Source: Mobula hypostoma (taxonomy: Eukaryota). Taken from it: a stretch of 64,000 nt of DNA. Positions 38,351-50,964 of the stretch are shown here, in pieces. Within the stretch, counting starts at the first letter, position 1. Every line of letters starts with the position of its first letter. The translations under genes and the position numbers were made by a program. Location of the stretch: contig NC_086097.1 of NCBI RefSeq assembly GCF_963921235.1, positions 238,950,001-239,014,000 on the forward strand. The letters run 5' to 3'. Under the pieces are notes generated by a model that worked only from the letters and a program-made list of their open reading frames with translations, had not been told where the DNA came from and searched no databases.

Positions 38351-39333
38351 ATTGCTTTATTGATAATAAAGTTGTTTCTGATTCTGGCTAATAATAAATA
38401 ATTATTAGTTTCTTGTAATTCAAAACAAACTGTAGGTACTGACTCTTCTTATCCGAGCTTTATCCAGCAAAATGAAACAACATTAAGGCATGTTGTCAAC
38501 ATGTTGCCAATATAATCAACAGACATTTTGTTAAAGAAGCAGACACGAATGTTGGAGATACTCTATAAGCCAGGCATCATTTATGGAATGAGAAACAGAT
38601 TGATGACCCTTTTCAGAACTAGATTTAAGAGGCCTCTTAATGGAGCAGGTAGAATTTTGGAGGAATGGAAAGATTTTAAGAGAGAATTTCAGATGTTGAC
38701 TAAAAGCACCACTATTACTAAACTCAAGGATGCAAAAATGCCAGATTTGCAAGGTAACAGAGATCTTATCGGGCAAGAGGAGATCTCAGAGAGTGGGGAG
38801 TAAAACAGAACTAAGGATAGGAATAAGAATATTAAATTAAGTGTGTTGCTGACCAGGAGCTGAAGTAGAGCAACAAATAAGATGCCGGAGGAGCTCAGCA
38901 GGTTGATCAGCAGCTGTAGATGGAAATGGACAGTTGACATTTTGGATTGATTCTCTACATTTTCACAAGCTTCAACCTGAATCATCGACTGTACATTTCC
39001 CTCCACAAGCGCTGCTTGTAATGAGGCACTGGACAGTTCCAGTTATTGTACACTTACAGTAAGGCTCTATTAACTATGATAGCTGAAAGATGGAAGTGTT
39101 GAATTTGTGTATGTATGTTTCTACTTCATTGTTTTGGTACTGTGCAGTCGGTCAGGATGTAAAAAGAACCAGAAGTAAGCATGTGTATTGTTGATGTCTG
39201 GTACTCCACACACCAGCGGTGTAACAAATTGGCGGATCAAGTAAATCTAAGCTGTCAACATTGCATATCTGAGGCTGTTCTGCAGAGCTACAGAAGCAGC
39301 AAGCTTAAGACCATAAGATATAGGAGCAGAATT

Positions 39334-41131
39334 TGTGATGATATTGGGTTTGCAATATCATCAAATTCTAAACACAAATGAAGGCAGTAAGCCCTATCAG
39401 ATTTTTAGAGCCCCAAGTACTCTCATGCAAGGGAGATTATACTGTAACTACCCAATCTTCAAAGACTAGTTTACTTCCCTGTTTATTCCTCATGGTGATT
39501 TCAGCTGCCGATACCCACTAATCAAGTGGTGGGTTCCCTCTCCCAACTAAAGAGAAGATACTTCCTGCTAACTAAGTCATTTAAAACACAGTTCATTTAT
39601 TTTCAGTGATACACATTTGAATTCAAATAACATTCTTAAAACACATTTAAAACTCACTGTAGATTTTCAAATTACAAACCATTTCTAGAATGTCATATTA
39701 TTTCCAAAACACAGGTACAATTTTTATGAACTGGAATGACACACCAACAATGCAGATAAATGAAGCCAGAGAAATGGTCACTAGTTCACCCTGCGTTCCT
39801 TTCATGCTTCTTGACGTTCTGTACCCCATTGCTAATAAGCCTGAACTGCTCTCTACATTTATACAGTTTCTTTGCCTCTTGGGTGACTTCCAACGTATAT
39901 GATATTTCCTCAGGTACCCTTTTTAATACAAAAGATCTTAAGGCTTTTTGCAGACACAGTTATCAGCTACCTACCATTAGTTCTGAGAAGCTAATTTCTT
40001 TAAGTACATACATCTTCCAACTATAAAACACACACTTATCAAGTTGCTCTTACTATCTACTGTGACGAGAATACACATAAATTAAGATGTTTGCTGGCCT
40101 GGGCTAGCATCAGTGGCATCAGCAGTTAGTCTGCCACCTGTCCTCAGGGGAGGGAGAGATAAGGCACACAATGAGGCAGCATTTGGAGGTGTTAATGAAG
40201 GAGCTATCAGTCTGGGTATTGTCAAGAGTGGCTCCCCCTTTGAACCCTGAACTGTTTGAAGTGATGGACAGGCGATACCCCAGCAGGGGGATAAAAAGGG
40301 ACAGGTTCGCTAAGGCAACACACACGACACCCGAGGTAACGAGACCTTGGAAGCGGTGCGTCTCTCACAAGTCGGTGGGAAGTTCTTGGACGGCTGATCA
40401 GGGGATCAGCCTTAAACGCACAGGGTGGAAAGGTACGATCAGCGGGAACCCGGTGTGTGTCCACCCTCGCTTGGGTGCCGGGTTCACTGCAGAGGATTGA
40501 CTGCATCTGGAGGAGGGGTCACAGTCGGTGACCTCAGGTGACATCACAAAGGACCCGCCCGAAAGCTGCTTGTGAGCAATATCGCCGGTCTGTGAGTGGA
40601 AGCCGTTCTGAATGATCAGTCGTTCTCGTTCTCTCTCTCCCTCCCCCGCATGTTGTCCATCGCCATGGTAACGATTACTGCGAACTGAACTAAATTGGAC
40701 TGAACTTTGTGTCACTTTGAAATTGGTCATTTACCCCTAGACAACGATAGAGCTTGATTGATGCTGTTATCTTAATTCTGTGCACATGTGTGTTTATCAT
40801 TGCTGAACTGTTGCATTTATTATCCTTTCGATTACTGTGATGCTTGTTTCTTTAATAAAACTTTCTTAGTTCTAGTAATCCAGACTCCAACTGAGTGATC
40901 CATTTCTGCTGGTTTGGCAACCCAGTTACGGGGTACGTAACACTACCGACAGTGCTGCTTTGCAAAGCTGTTCTACAGACAGTACTTTTTTTTTAAACTT
41001 CAAACTGATTACTGCTTACTATTTATATTTTAAGGACTGCAGACTGCCATACAAGTGGCAGCTGCTGTGTTTGGAAAGCGAACTTGGCAAAACATGAGAC
41101 CGCCATGTCCAGAGAGCAAATATCCATCAAA
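39334..41131 (-). mobile_element. Older solo-LTR-like insertion hosting a second LTR
   Basis: Splits a CR1 tail (GGAGCAGAATT|AATTAGGCCATT); AATT duplicated (39330-39333, 41132-41135); ends TGTGATGATA and TATCCATCAAA. Strand is tentative. Confidence 0.6.
40061..40942 (+). mobile_element. Solo LTR, 882 bp, Gypsy-like
   Basis: TGTGACG...CGTAACA termini; 4-bp TSD CTAC (40057-40060, 40943-40946); AATAAA near 40854. Confidence 0.85.
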
Positions 41132-41782
41132 AATTAGGCCATTTGCCCATCTACTTTTTCCATCACGGATGATTTCTTATCCCTTTCAACCCCATTCTTC
41201 TGTCTTCTCCCTGTAACCTTTATCACCTTTACTCTTCAAGAACCTATCATCCTCCACTTTAAATGTACCAAATGACTTGTCCTTCACAGCTGTCTGTGTT
41301 AATGAATTCCACCGATACACCACCTTCTGGCTGAAGAAATTTCTCCTCATCTCTTCATACGCAGTGTGTGGTGGGTATGAGGAACACCCTGCCAGGGGTG
41401 GTGGTAGAGACAGATACATTATGGACAGTTAAGAAGTTCTTAAATAGGCATAAATGTGATAGGAAAATGGAGGGCTCTTCAGGAGAGAAGGAGAAAAGAG
41501 AAATTTTCAACGGTTCTTGTTTCAGTCGAAGCAAGCAGCTGAGAAGGAGTGAAGAAATCGGGTAGAAAAATTCATTTTTTTTTTCTAAACACTGCTTGGG
41601 GAGAAGGGTCTGCACTACGCAGGCGTGTGACATAGCGCGCCAAGGTTTAAAAAGTAGACCACCATATACAGCGGCCATCGTCGGAGTGGATTGAGTCAGA
41701 GTGGGACGGCTTTGGCTCAAACAGGCAGAGGCCAGGGTAGTTTCCAGTAAGTCTTTTGTTCAGATTGTTTAGTGCAGTGAGA

Positions 41783-42716
41783 ATGCCAGGCAGGATGTAG
41801 GAATGCTCCTCTTGCAGGATGTGGGAAGTCAGGGAGCCCTCCGGTGACCCTGACAACGACACCTGCAAGAAGTGCATCCAGCTGCAGCTCCTGACAAACC
41901 GCGTTAGGGAACTGGAGCAGGAGCTGGATGACCTGTGGATCATTCGGGAGAATGAGGAGATTATAGATCATAGCTACAGGGAGGTAGTTACGCCAAAGGA
42001 GCAGAGGACAGGAAATTGGGTCACTGTCAGGCGAGGGAAGAGGAAAGGGCAGGCAGAGCAGGGTTCCCCTGTGGCCATTCCCCTCAACAAGTATACCGCA
42101 TTGGATACTGTTGGGGGGGGATGACTTACCTGGGACTAGATGCAGTAGCCGGATCTCTGGCACTGAGTCTGGCTCTGCAGTGCAGAAGGGAGGGGGGAAA
42201 AAGAGGAGAGTGGTAGTGATAGGGGACTCAATAGTTAGAGGTGCAGATAGGAGGTTCTGTGGTTGTGACAGAGAATCCAGGATGGTTTGTTGCCTCCCGG
42301 GTGCAAGGGTCAAGGATGTCTCTGATCGATTGCATGACATTCTGAAGTGGGAGGGTGACCAGCCAGATGTCGTGGTGCACATCGGTACCAATGACATAGC
42401 AAGGAAGAGTGAAGAGGTCCTGGACAGTGAGTATAGAGAGCTTGGTAGGAAGTTGAAAAGCAGGACCTCAAGGGTGGTAATCTCAGGATCGCTACCTGTG
42501 CTAGGTGCCAGTGAGGGTAGGGATAGGATGCTCTGAAGGAGGAACAAGTGGCTGAGGAACTAGCGTAGGGGGCAGGGTTTCAGATTTCAGGATCATTGGG
42601 ACCTCTTCTGGGGCAGGTGGGACCTGTACAAGAGAGACGGGTTACACTTGAACCACAGGGGGACCAATATCCTTTCAGGGAGGTTTGTTAGTGCTGTTGG
42701 GGAGGCTTTAAACTAG
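41783..42716 (+). pseudogene. CR1 ORF1p: zinc finger, leucine zipper, SGNH esterase
   Basis: CSSC...CKKC; LLTNRVRELEQELDDL; IGDSIVRG, VHIGTND, DGLHLN. Contains stops and a frameshift at the G8 run (42113-42120). Confidence 0.9.
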
Positions 42717-44939
42717 ATTTGCAGGGGGATGGGAACCAGAGTGCCAGAGCTGACAGTGTGGCTGGGGTGAAAATAAATGATGTTGAAAGTTTAAGCAAAT
42801 CCGCTGATAGAAAGGTTGTGAGTGGTGGTAAAAATCTTCTGAGGTGTATATATTTCAATGCTAGGAGTATTGCGGGGAAGGCGGATGAGTTGTGGGCATG
42901 GGTTGACACGTGGAATTATGATGTTGTAGCAATTAGTGAAACTTGGCTACAGGAGGGGCAGGACTGGCAGCTTAATATTCCAGGGTTCCGATGTTTCAGA
43001 TGTGATCGAGGCAGAGGAATGAAAGGTGGGGGAGTAGCATTGCTTGTTAGGGAAAATATTACAGCAGTGCTCAGGCAGGACAGATTAGAGGGCTTGTCTA
43101 CTGAGTCCTTATAGGTGGAGCTGAGAAACAGGAAAGGTATGGCCACATTAGTGGGATTGTATTACAGACCGCCCAATAGTCAACGAGACTTGGAAGAGCA
43201 AATCTGCAGAAAGATAGCAGGCAACTGCAAGAAACATAAAGTTGTGGTGGTAGGGGATTTTAATTTTCCATACATTGATTGGGACTCCCATACTGTTAGG
43301 GGTCTAGATGCTTTAGAGTTTGTAAAATGTGTTCAGGAAAGTTTTCTAAATCAATATACAGAGGGACCAACTAGAGGGGATGCAATATTGGATCTCCTGT
43401 TAGGAAACGAATTAGGGCAAGTGACGGAAGTCTGTGTAGGGGAGCACTTTGGTTCCAGTGATCATAACACCATTAGTTTCAATTTGATCATGGACAAGGA
43501 TAGATCTGGTCCTAGGGTTGAGGTTCTGAAATGGAAGAAGGCCAAATCTGAAGAAATGAGAAAGGATCTAAAAAGCGTGGATTGGGACACGTGGTTCTCT
43601 GGCAAAGATGTGATTGGTAGGTGGGAAGCCTTCAAAAGGGAAATTTTGAGAGTGCAGAGTTTGTATGTTCCTGTCAGGATTAAAGGCAAATTAAATAGGA
43701 ATAAGGAACCTTGGTTCTCAAGGGATATTGCAACTCTGATAATGAAGAGGAGGGAATTGTATGAAATGTATAGGAAACGGGGTAAATCAGGTGCTTGAGG
43801 AGTATAAGAAGTGCAAGATAATACTTAAGAAAGAAATCAGGAGGGCTAAAAGAAGACATGAGGTTGCCTTGGCAGTCAAAGTGAAGGAGAATCCAAAGAG
43901 CTTTTACAATTATATTAAGAGCAAAAGGATTGTAAGGGATAAAATTGGTCCTCTTGAAGATCAGAGTGGTCGGCTTTGTGTGGAACCAAAGGAAATGGGG
44001 GAGATCTTAAATAGGTTTTTTGCGTCTGTATTTATTAAGGAAGCTGGCATGAAATCTATGGAATTGAGGGAATCAAGTAGTGAGACCATGGAAACTGTAC
44101 GGATTGAAAAGGAGGAGGTGCTTGCTGCCTTGAGGAAAATTAAAGTGGATAAATCCCTGGGACCTGACAGAGTGTTCCCTCGGACCTTGAAGGAGACTAG
44201 TCTTGAAATTGCAGGGGCCCTGGCAGAAATATTTAAAATGTCGCTGTCTACGGGTGAAGTGCCGGAGAATTGGAGAGTGGCTCATGTTGTTCCGTTGTTT
44301 AAAAAAGGATTGAAAAGTAATCCGGGAAATTATAGGCCGGTGAGTTTGACGTCAGTAGTAGGTAAGTTATTGGAGGGAGTACTAAGAGACAGAATCTACA
44401 AGCATTTGGATAAACAGGGGCTTATTAGGGAGAGTCAACATGGCTTTGCGCGTGGTAGGTCATGTTTGACCAATCTGTTGAAGTTTTTCGAGGAGGTTAC
44501 CAGGAAAGTGGATGAAGGGAAGGCAGTGGATATTGTCTACATGGACTTCAGTAAGGCCTTTGACAAGGTCCCGCATGGGAGGTTAGTCAGGAAAATTCAG
44601 TCGCTAGGTATACATGGAGAGGTGGTAAATTGGATTAGACATTGGCTCGATGGAAGAAGCCAGAGAGTGGTGGTAGAGAATTGCTTCTCTGAGTGGAGGC
44701 CTGTGGCTAGTGGTGTGCCACAGGGATCAGTGCTGGGTCCATTGTTATTTGTCATCTATATCAATGATCTGGATGATAATGTGGTAAACTGGATCAGCAA
44801 GTTTGCTGATGATACAAAGATTGGAGGTGTAGTAGACAGTGAGGAAGGTTTTCAGAGCCTGCAGAGGGACTTGGACCAGCTGGAAAAATGGGCTGAAAAA
44901 TGGCAGATGGAGCTTAATACTGACAAGTGTGAGGTATTG

Positions 44940-45488
44940 TGTGCAGTTTTGGTCCCCTAATCTGAGGAAAGACATCTTTGCCATAGAGGGAGTACAAAGA
45001 AGGTTCACCAGATTGATTCCTGGGATGGCAGGTCTTTCATATGAAGAAAGACTGGATGAACTGGGCTTGTACTCGTTGGAATTTAGAAGATTGAGGGGGG
45101 ATCTGATTGAAACGTATAAGATCCTAAAGGGATTGGACAGGCTAGATGCAGGAAGATTGTTCCCGATGTTGGGGAGGTCTAGAACGAGGGGTCACAGTTT
45201 GAGGATAGAGGGGAAGCCTTTTAGGACCGAGGTTAGGAAAAACTTCTTCACACAGAGAGTGGTGAATCTGTGGAATTCTCTGCCACAGCAAACTGTTGAG
45301 GCCAGTTCATTAGCTATGTTTAAAAGGAAGTTAGATATGGCCCTTGTGGCTACAGGGGTCAGGGGGTATGGAGGGAAGGCTGGGTTCTGAGTTGGATGAT
45401 CAGCCATGATCATAATAAATGGCGGTGCAGGCTCGAAGGGCCGAATGGCCTACTCCTGCACCTATTTTCTATGTTTCTATGTTTCTAT
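44940..45488 (+). mobile_element. Nested CR1 3' fragment of another subfamily
   Basis: GTATTG on both sides (44934-44939, 45489-45494); TTTCTATG tail; close to 21520-22079. Confidence 0.9.
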
Positions 45489-45678
45489 GTATTGCACGTT
45501 GGAAGGACAAACCAAGGTAGAACATACAGGGTTAATGGTAAGGCACTGAGGAGTGCAGTGGAACAGAGGGATCTGGGAATACAGATACAAAATTCCCTAA
45601 AAGTGTCATCACAGGTAGATAGGGTCGTAAAGAGAGCTTTTGGTACATTGGCCTTTATTAATCGAAGTATTGGGTATA

Positions 45679-45808
45679 TATCCTGACGAAGGGTCTCGGC
45701 CTGAAACGTCGACTGCGCCTCTTCCTATAGATGCTGCTTGGCCTGCTGCGTTCACCAGCAACTTTGATGTATGTTGCTTGAATTTCCAGCATCTGCAGAA
45801 TTCCTGTT
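45679..45808 (+). mobile_element. Nested PLE-terminus insertion with hammerhead core (45683-45714)
   Basis: TSD GTATTGGGTATA / GTATTGAGTATA; CTGACGA-AGGGTCTCGGCCT-GAAAC-GTC-GACT. Confidence 0.85.
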
Positions 45809-46984
45809 GTATTGAGTATAAGAGCTGGAATGTTATGATGAGGTTGTATAAGGCATTGGTGAGGCCGAATCTGGAGTATTGTGTTCAAATTACAGGAAGG
45901 ATATAAATAAGGTTGAAAGAGTGCAGAGAAGGTTTACAAGGATGTTGCCGGGACTTGAGAAACTCAGTTACAGAGAAAGGTTGAATAGGTTAGGACTTTA
46001 TTCCCTGGAGTGTAGAAGAATGAGGGGAGATTTGATAGAGGTATATAAAATTATGATGGGTATAGATAGAGTGAATGCAAGCAGGCTTTTTCCACTGAGG
46101 CAAGGGGAGAAAAAAACCAGAGGACATGGGTTAAGGGTGAGGGGGGGAAAGTTTAAAGGGAACATTAGGGGGGGCTTCTTCACACAGAGAGTGGTGGGAG
46201 TATGGAATGAGCTGCCAGACGAGGTGGTAAATGCAGGTTCTTTTTTAACATTTAAGAATAAATTGGACAGATACATGGATGGGAGGTGTATGAAGGGATA
46301 TGGTCCGTGTGCAGGTCAGTGGGACTAGGCAGAAAATGGTTCGGCACAGCCAAGAAGGGCCAAAGGGCCTGTTTCTGTGCTGTAGTTTCTATGGTTTCTA
46401 TGGTTTAAGGGTTAGATTTACATTAGAGTACAGCATCATGTGCCAAAGGGGCCAGTACTGTGCTGTTGTGTTCTATGTTCATTCCATGACATGTTGAATG
46501 TAGGAAGAGGCATTCTCTCTCAATATGGTTGATTCCTTACCATAGGAACCATAATCCCAGAAATATCCACCCCACCCACCGATTCCCACCATCATGCAAT
46601 CAGGAGAGCTGAGCCAGTCCGTTCAAGTAATGTTCTATTGTCAGAAGCCTCCAGTCACAAATAACTAAAGCCAACATGAGCCCAACTTGTTGAGGCCACC
46701 AGGAGAGAGATTCGTAGGAATTCATTAGTAAGCTTTTTACCATGAATCCACAATGCATAGGAAGTGAATGAAAGGCAATAGCTGAATTAGGAACAGCTTT
46801 TTCCCAAACCACCTTCGGAGTTCTGAACAGCCCGTGAACTCTGCTCCATTCTTATTTTTCACTATTCATTCATTTTTGTAGCTTATTGTAATTTGTCTTG
46901 CACTCTACTCACTCTGAAGTGATAATCAACCTGATTCTGAATGCTGTTTTATTCTGCTGAATTCCTGTCAAGTTACCTTAGATT

Positions 46985-47182
46985 CTATCTTGCACCACCA
47001 CCAGTGGCTGTATACAATAGGCAATTAACCAGCACTGCACATGGGAGGAAGCCAGAGCATCCATATGAACATAGGGAGAGCGCGCGAGCTCTACACAGAC
47101 AGCACCGGAGATTAGGACTGGACCCAGGGCACTGAACAGACATCCTTCCCGCTGTAAAGCTCTGCTCTGTGCCCATCACCAT
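46985..47182 (-). mobile_element. V-SINE, decayed
   Basis: Reverse-complement V-domain (GGGAGGAAGCCAGAGCA on the + strand) and a tRNA-like head. Confidence 0.55.
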
Positions 47183-47527
47183 AACTTACACAAGTTTCAG
47201 AAGTTTTCTTCAAGGTCAGTGCAAAGTTTAATTATGAGAAACGGACGATGCTGGGATCAGTGGATAGAATAGCATCTCAGGAAAGAGTCAAAGGAATGCT
47301 AACTCTCTTTCTCTTTACACAGAGGCTACCTAACCTGGTGAGTGCTTCCAATCTTTCTAATCAACACCTCAGATTTCTGTCATCTGCAGTTTTTTTTTGA
47401 TTTTCATTCAGTCATTTAAATTCATCAGTAACACTGCTCTCAGAATTCTGACTTAAGATGCCCACCACTATAATTCCAAAGAAAAGCATTACTGAAGATA
47501 AAAGTTGAAATGTAAATAGGGCAGAAA

Positions 47528-48270
47528 TCATCAGAATCAAATTAGGTTTAATATTGCCAGCATACGTCATGAAATTTGTTGTCTTGTAGCAGCAGTACAT
47601 TGCATTACATAACAATAAAAACTATTAATTACAATAAAAAGTACAAATAAAAAATAAATTAAGTAGTGCAAAAAGAGAGGGAAAATACTGAGAAAGTGTT
47701 CATGAGTTCACTGTCCTGTTAGAAATTTGATAGCAGAGGGGAAATCTTGTTTTTGAATAGTTGACCAAAAGACCATAGGACGTAGGATCAGAATTAGGCC
47801 ATTTGGCCCATCAAGCCTGCTCTGCCACTCAGTCATGGCTGATCCTTTCTTTCCCTGCTCAGCCCCACTCCCCGGCCTTCAGTATGTGCCTTCAGGCTCC
47901 TGTATCTCCTCCTTGGTGGTAGCAATGAGAAGGGGGCATGTCCTGGGTACTGGGGGTCCTTAATGACGAAGGCCGTCCTTTTTTGAGGCATTGCCTTTTG
48001 AAGGTGTCCTGGATGCAAGGGAGGCTAGTGGCCATGATGGAGCTGGTTAAGTTTATAACTTTCTGCCGCTTTTACCAATCTTCTGCAGTGGCCCCTCCAT
48101 ACCATGGTGATGCAACTAGTTTAGAATATTCTCCAGATTATGTCTATAGAAATTTGTGTTTGCCATTGGTGACATACCAATTCTCCTCAAACCCTTAATG
48201 AAATTCCATCACTGTTGTGCCTTCTTTCTAATTGCATCTATATGTTGGGCCCAGGATAGATCCTCAGAGA
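47528..48270 (-). mobile_element. Rex1/Babar-type 3' fragment with a nested CR1 tail (47765-47878)
   Basis: IKDPQYPGHAPFSLLP motif; AGAATC tail on the + strand. Confidence 0.7.
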
Positions 48271-48449
48271 TCATGTTTACCAAGGTGGCAGAATTACTGG
48301 AGATTCCAGCAGCCTCTCCCTAGCGCTAGTAAATAGGTTAAATCAAGGAGAAAGGTAAGGAGTACCTAGCTTGAAATCTGACTTCTACCTGCGAACCTTG
48401 CACAAATACTCACAATCCTCTTCTCCTCATATTTGTTTTCTTTGCACGT

Positions 48450-49125
48450 CGTGTGAGACTAGAAGTGATAGGTTTCGGGTGAAAGGTGGAATACTTAAGA
48501 GGAACCTGAGGTGGATCCTCTTCACTCAGAGGATGATGCGAGTTTAGAATGAGCTGCCAGTAGATGTGGTAGATGCAGGTATAATTATAACATAGGAGAG
48601 AAGTTTGGATAGGTACATGGATCACAGGGGTTTGGAGGAATATGGCCCAGGTTAGACTTTAGACTTGGGTCCCTGATCTTAGAAAGTATGTGCTGATACT
48701 GGAGAGGGTTCAAAGGAGGTCTATGAAAATTATTCCAGGATTGAATGGCTTAACATATGAAGAGCATTTCATGGCTGAGGGCCTGCATTCACTAGAATTC
48801 AGAAGAATGAGGGGGTGACCTTATTGGAACCTATTGAATGATGAAAGGCCTTGATAGAATGGATGTGGAGAGGCTTTTTCCTATGGTTGGAGAGTCTAAG
48901 AAATAGGAAACAGCCCCGCAATAGAGGGATGTCCTTTTAGAATGGAGAAGAGGAAGAATTTCTTTAGCCAGAAAGTGGTGAATCTGTGGAATTCTTTGCC
49001 ACAAGTAGCTGTGGAGGCCAAAGTTTTATCTATATTTAAGGCAGAGGTTGATAGATTCTTTATTAGTTGGGGCATGAAGAGATACGGGGAGAAGGCGGAA
49101 GATTGGGGATGAAAGGAAAATTGAA
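48450..49125 (+). mobile_element. Two decayed CR1 3' fragments
   Basis: LEFRRMRG and KVVNLWNSLP remnants. Confidence 0.8.
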
Positions 49126-49134
49126 AATTGTGTT

Positions 49135-49180
49135 TTTGTGTGTGTGTGTGTGTGTGCGTGTGTGTCTGTGTGTGTGCGTG
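49135..49180. repeat. Interrupted (TG)n microsatellite
   Basis: Directly visible; resumes at 49489-49507. Confidence 0.95.
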
Positions 49181-49488
49181 CATGTGGCCAAGTGGTTAAG
49201 GCATTCAACTAGCGATCTGAAGGTCGTGAGTTTGAGCCCCAGCCAAGGCAGCGTGTTGTGTCTTTGAGCAAGGCATTTAATCACACAGTGCTCTGCGACG
49301 ACACTGGTGCCAAGCTGTATGGGTCCTAATGCCCTTCCCTTGGACAACATCAGTGTTGTGGAGAGGGGAGTCTTGCAGCATGGGCAACTGCTGGTCTTGC
49401 ATACAACCTTGTCCAGGGCTGTGCCCTGGAGAGTGAAGACATTCCAGGCACAGATCCATGGTCTCACAAGACTAACGGATGCCTTAAA
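49178..49488 (+). mobile_element. tRNA-derived SINE with CORE-like middle and RTE-like tail
   Basis: A box TGGCCAAGTGG (49185-49195); B box GTTTGAGCCC (49230-49239); TGTGTCTTTGAGCAAGGCATTTAATC block; tail ends GACTAACGGATGCC. Confidence 0.7.
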
Positions 49489-49809
49489 TGTGTGTGTGTG
49501 TGCGTGTAACCTTATGTATTTTTATTTATTGTGTTTCTTATTATGATCTTTATGATTGTTGTTCATATGCTGCATTGGATCTGGCACAAACATTTTTTTT
49601 CTTTACACTTACATATTGATGAATGATTATAAGCAATTGAAGATGATTCAGGATTTAAGGACTTGAATCATCTTTTGTTCCTCCATCCAAACGAAACAAT
49701 GGATTATAGCATTCATAAAAGACATCAGAGCATCCTGAAGATAAGGGATGCAAACATCTTAACAAAGAAGCAACCTGGAAGCTGAAAACTCTCTTCAAGA
49801 ATGAATGAA

Positions 49810-50120
49810 TGGTACGTAGCATAGCAGCTGGCATAATGTTTTACTGTACCATCTGTAAAATTGTGGTTCAAATCCCACTACTGCCTGTAGGGAGCTTGTA
49901 CATTCTCCCCATGACTGTGTGGGTTCGCTCCAGGATTCCTCTCACATTCCAAAGACACGCAGGTAGGGTTAGTGAGTCATGAGCATGCTCTGTTGGCACC
50001 AGAAATATGGCGAAAATTGCAGGCTGTCATCCAGCACAATCCTTGTTGATTTGGTTGGAGGCAAACAACATACTTCACTGCATGTTTCTATCCACATATG
50101 ACAAATAAAGCTAATCCAAT
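49810..50120 (+). mobile_element. V-SINE
   Basis: B box GGTTCAAATCCC; V-domain GGAGCTTGTACATTCTCCCCATGAC; ATGACAAATAAAGCTAATC tail. Confidence 0.7.
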
Positions 50121-50964
50121 GTAATCAATACAATGACACACGGTTCCTGTAATCCAATTATCTTCAACAGAGTGATCCTTTGAATATTATTTCAGAAGCT
50201 GTTAGAAATCAAACCCGATGGTCTTTATGATGAGATTGGAGATGAATGGGACTTGGATAATTCTGCAATAAAATTACTGCTTCTTTGGTGTGAACAAAGG
50301 GAGTTGAAACATATTGGAGGATAATTTAAAATTAATTAATTCAGACAAGTAGAAACAGCAAACAAATTAATAAGTCTAAAATGTATCAGATTTTCCCCAC
50401 AGCAACTGATTTGTTTATATGTTTGCCAGTAAACTTATTGTCTGACAAAAGACCAAACCTGGGAACTATACTTACAACATTAGGTAATTAATTTGAAAGA
50501 TTATTTCAATAATTTTCTTGTTTTCTTTGTTCATTTGTTTTCCATTATTTACAAGGGGAAGAATTTTGCAGTTTTTCCAAAGGGTTTTAAATCAGAAAAT
50601 ACAAACATTTGGATAAATTTGTGAAAATAAGTAATAGATACTCCAATGTTTTTTTTGTGTGGCGTAAACTTCTTGAGAAAACATGCATAAAAGGTTATCC
50701 CAATGAGGCATTGAAAAATTAAAAATGAAGAAGATAAAATGGAGAAAGACAAAATAGTGTGAAATTGGCATGGAACCCAGGGGACTATTGCAAAATAAAT
50801 ATATAAAATTAAAACAAGTTTGGTGGAAACATGGGGGAGAAACTAATACTTGACACAATTGTTTGCTTGAAGATTGATGCAATTGCTGTCCATTTTGGAG
50901 CCCAAAATCCCGTGCTTCATTCATCCCCTAAATTGGCTAATAATCCTTAGGGTTATATTCCATC

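Larger units (their letters stand above)
42719..46328 (+). pseudogene. CR1 ORF2p (APE endonuclease, RT), interrupted
   Basis: YFNARS, ISETW, GDFN, SDHN; NYRPVSLTS, MDFSKAFD, PQGSVLGP, FADDTK. Stop at 43112, frameshift near 43780 and two insertions. Confidence 0.95.
41492..46406 (+). mobile_element. Full-length CR1 LINE with two nested insertions
   Basis: 5' UTR, ORF1, ORF2 and TTTCTATGG tail; AAGG duplicated (41488-41491, 46407-46410) within an older CR1 3' fragment. Confidence 0.9.

Noticed and set aside
49178..49250. tRNA gene
   Set aside because: Has A and B boxes but no clear acceptor stem, and runs straight into a SINE body.
50195..50325. Exon-like frame KLLEIKPDGLYDEIGDEWDLDN
   Set aside because: Weak acceptor, no convincing donor before the stop and no recognisable homology.
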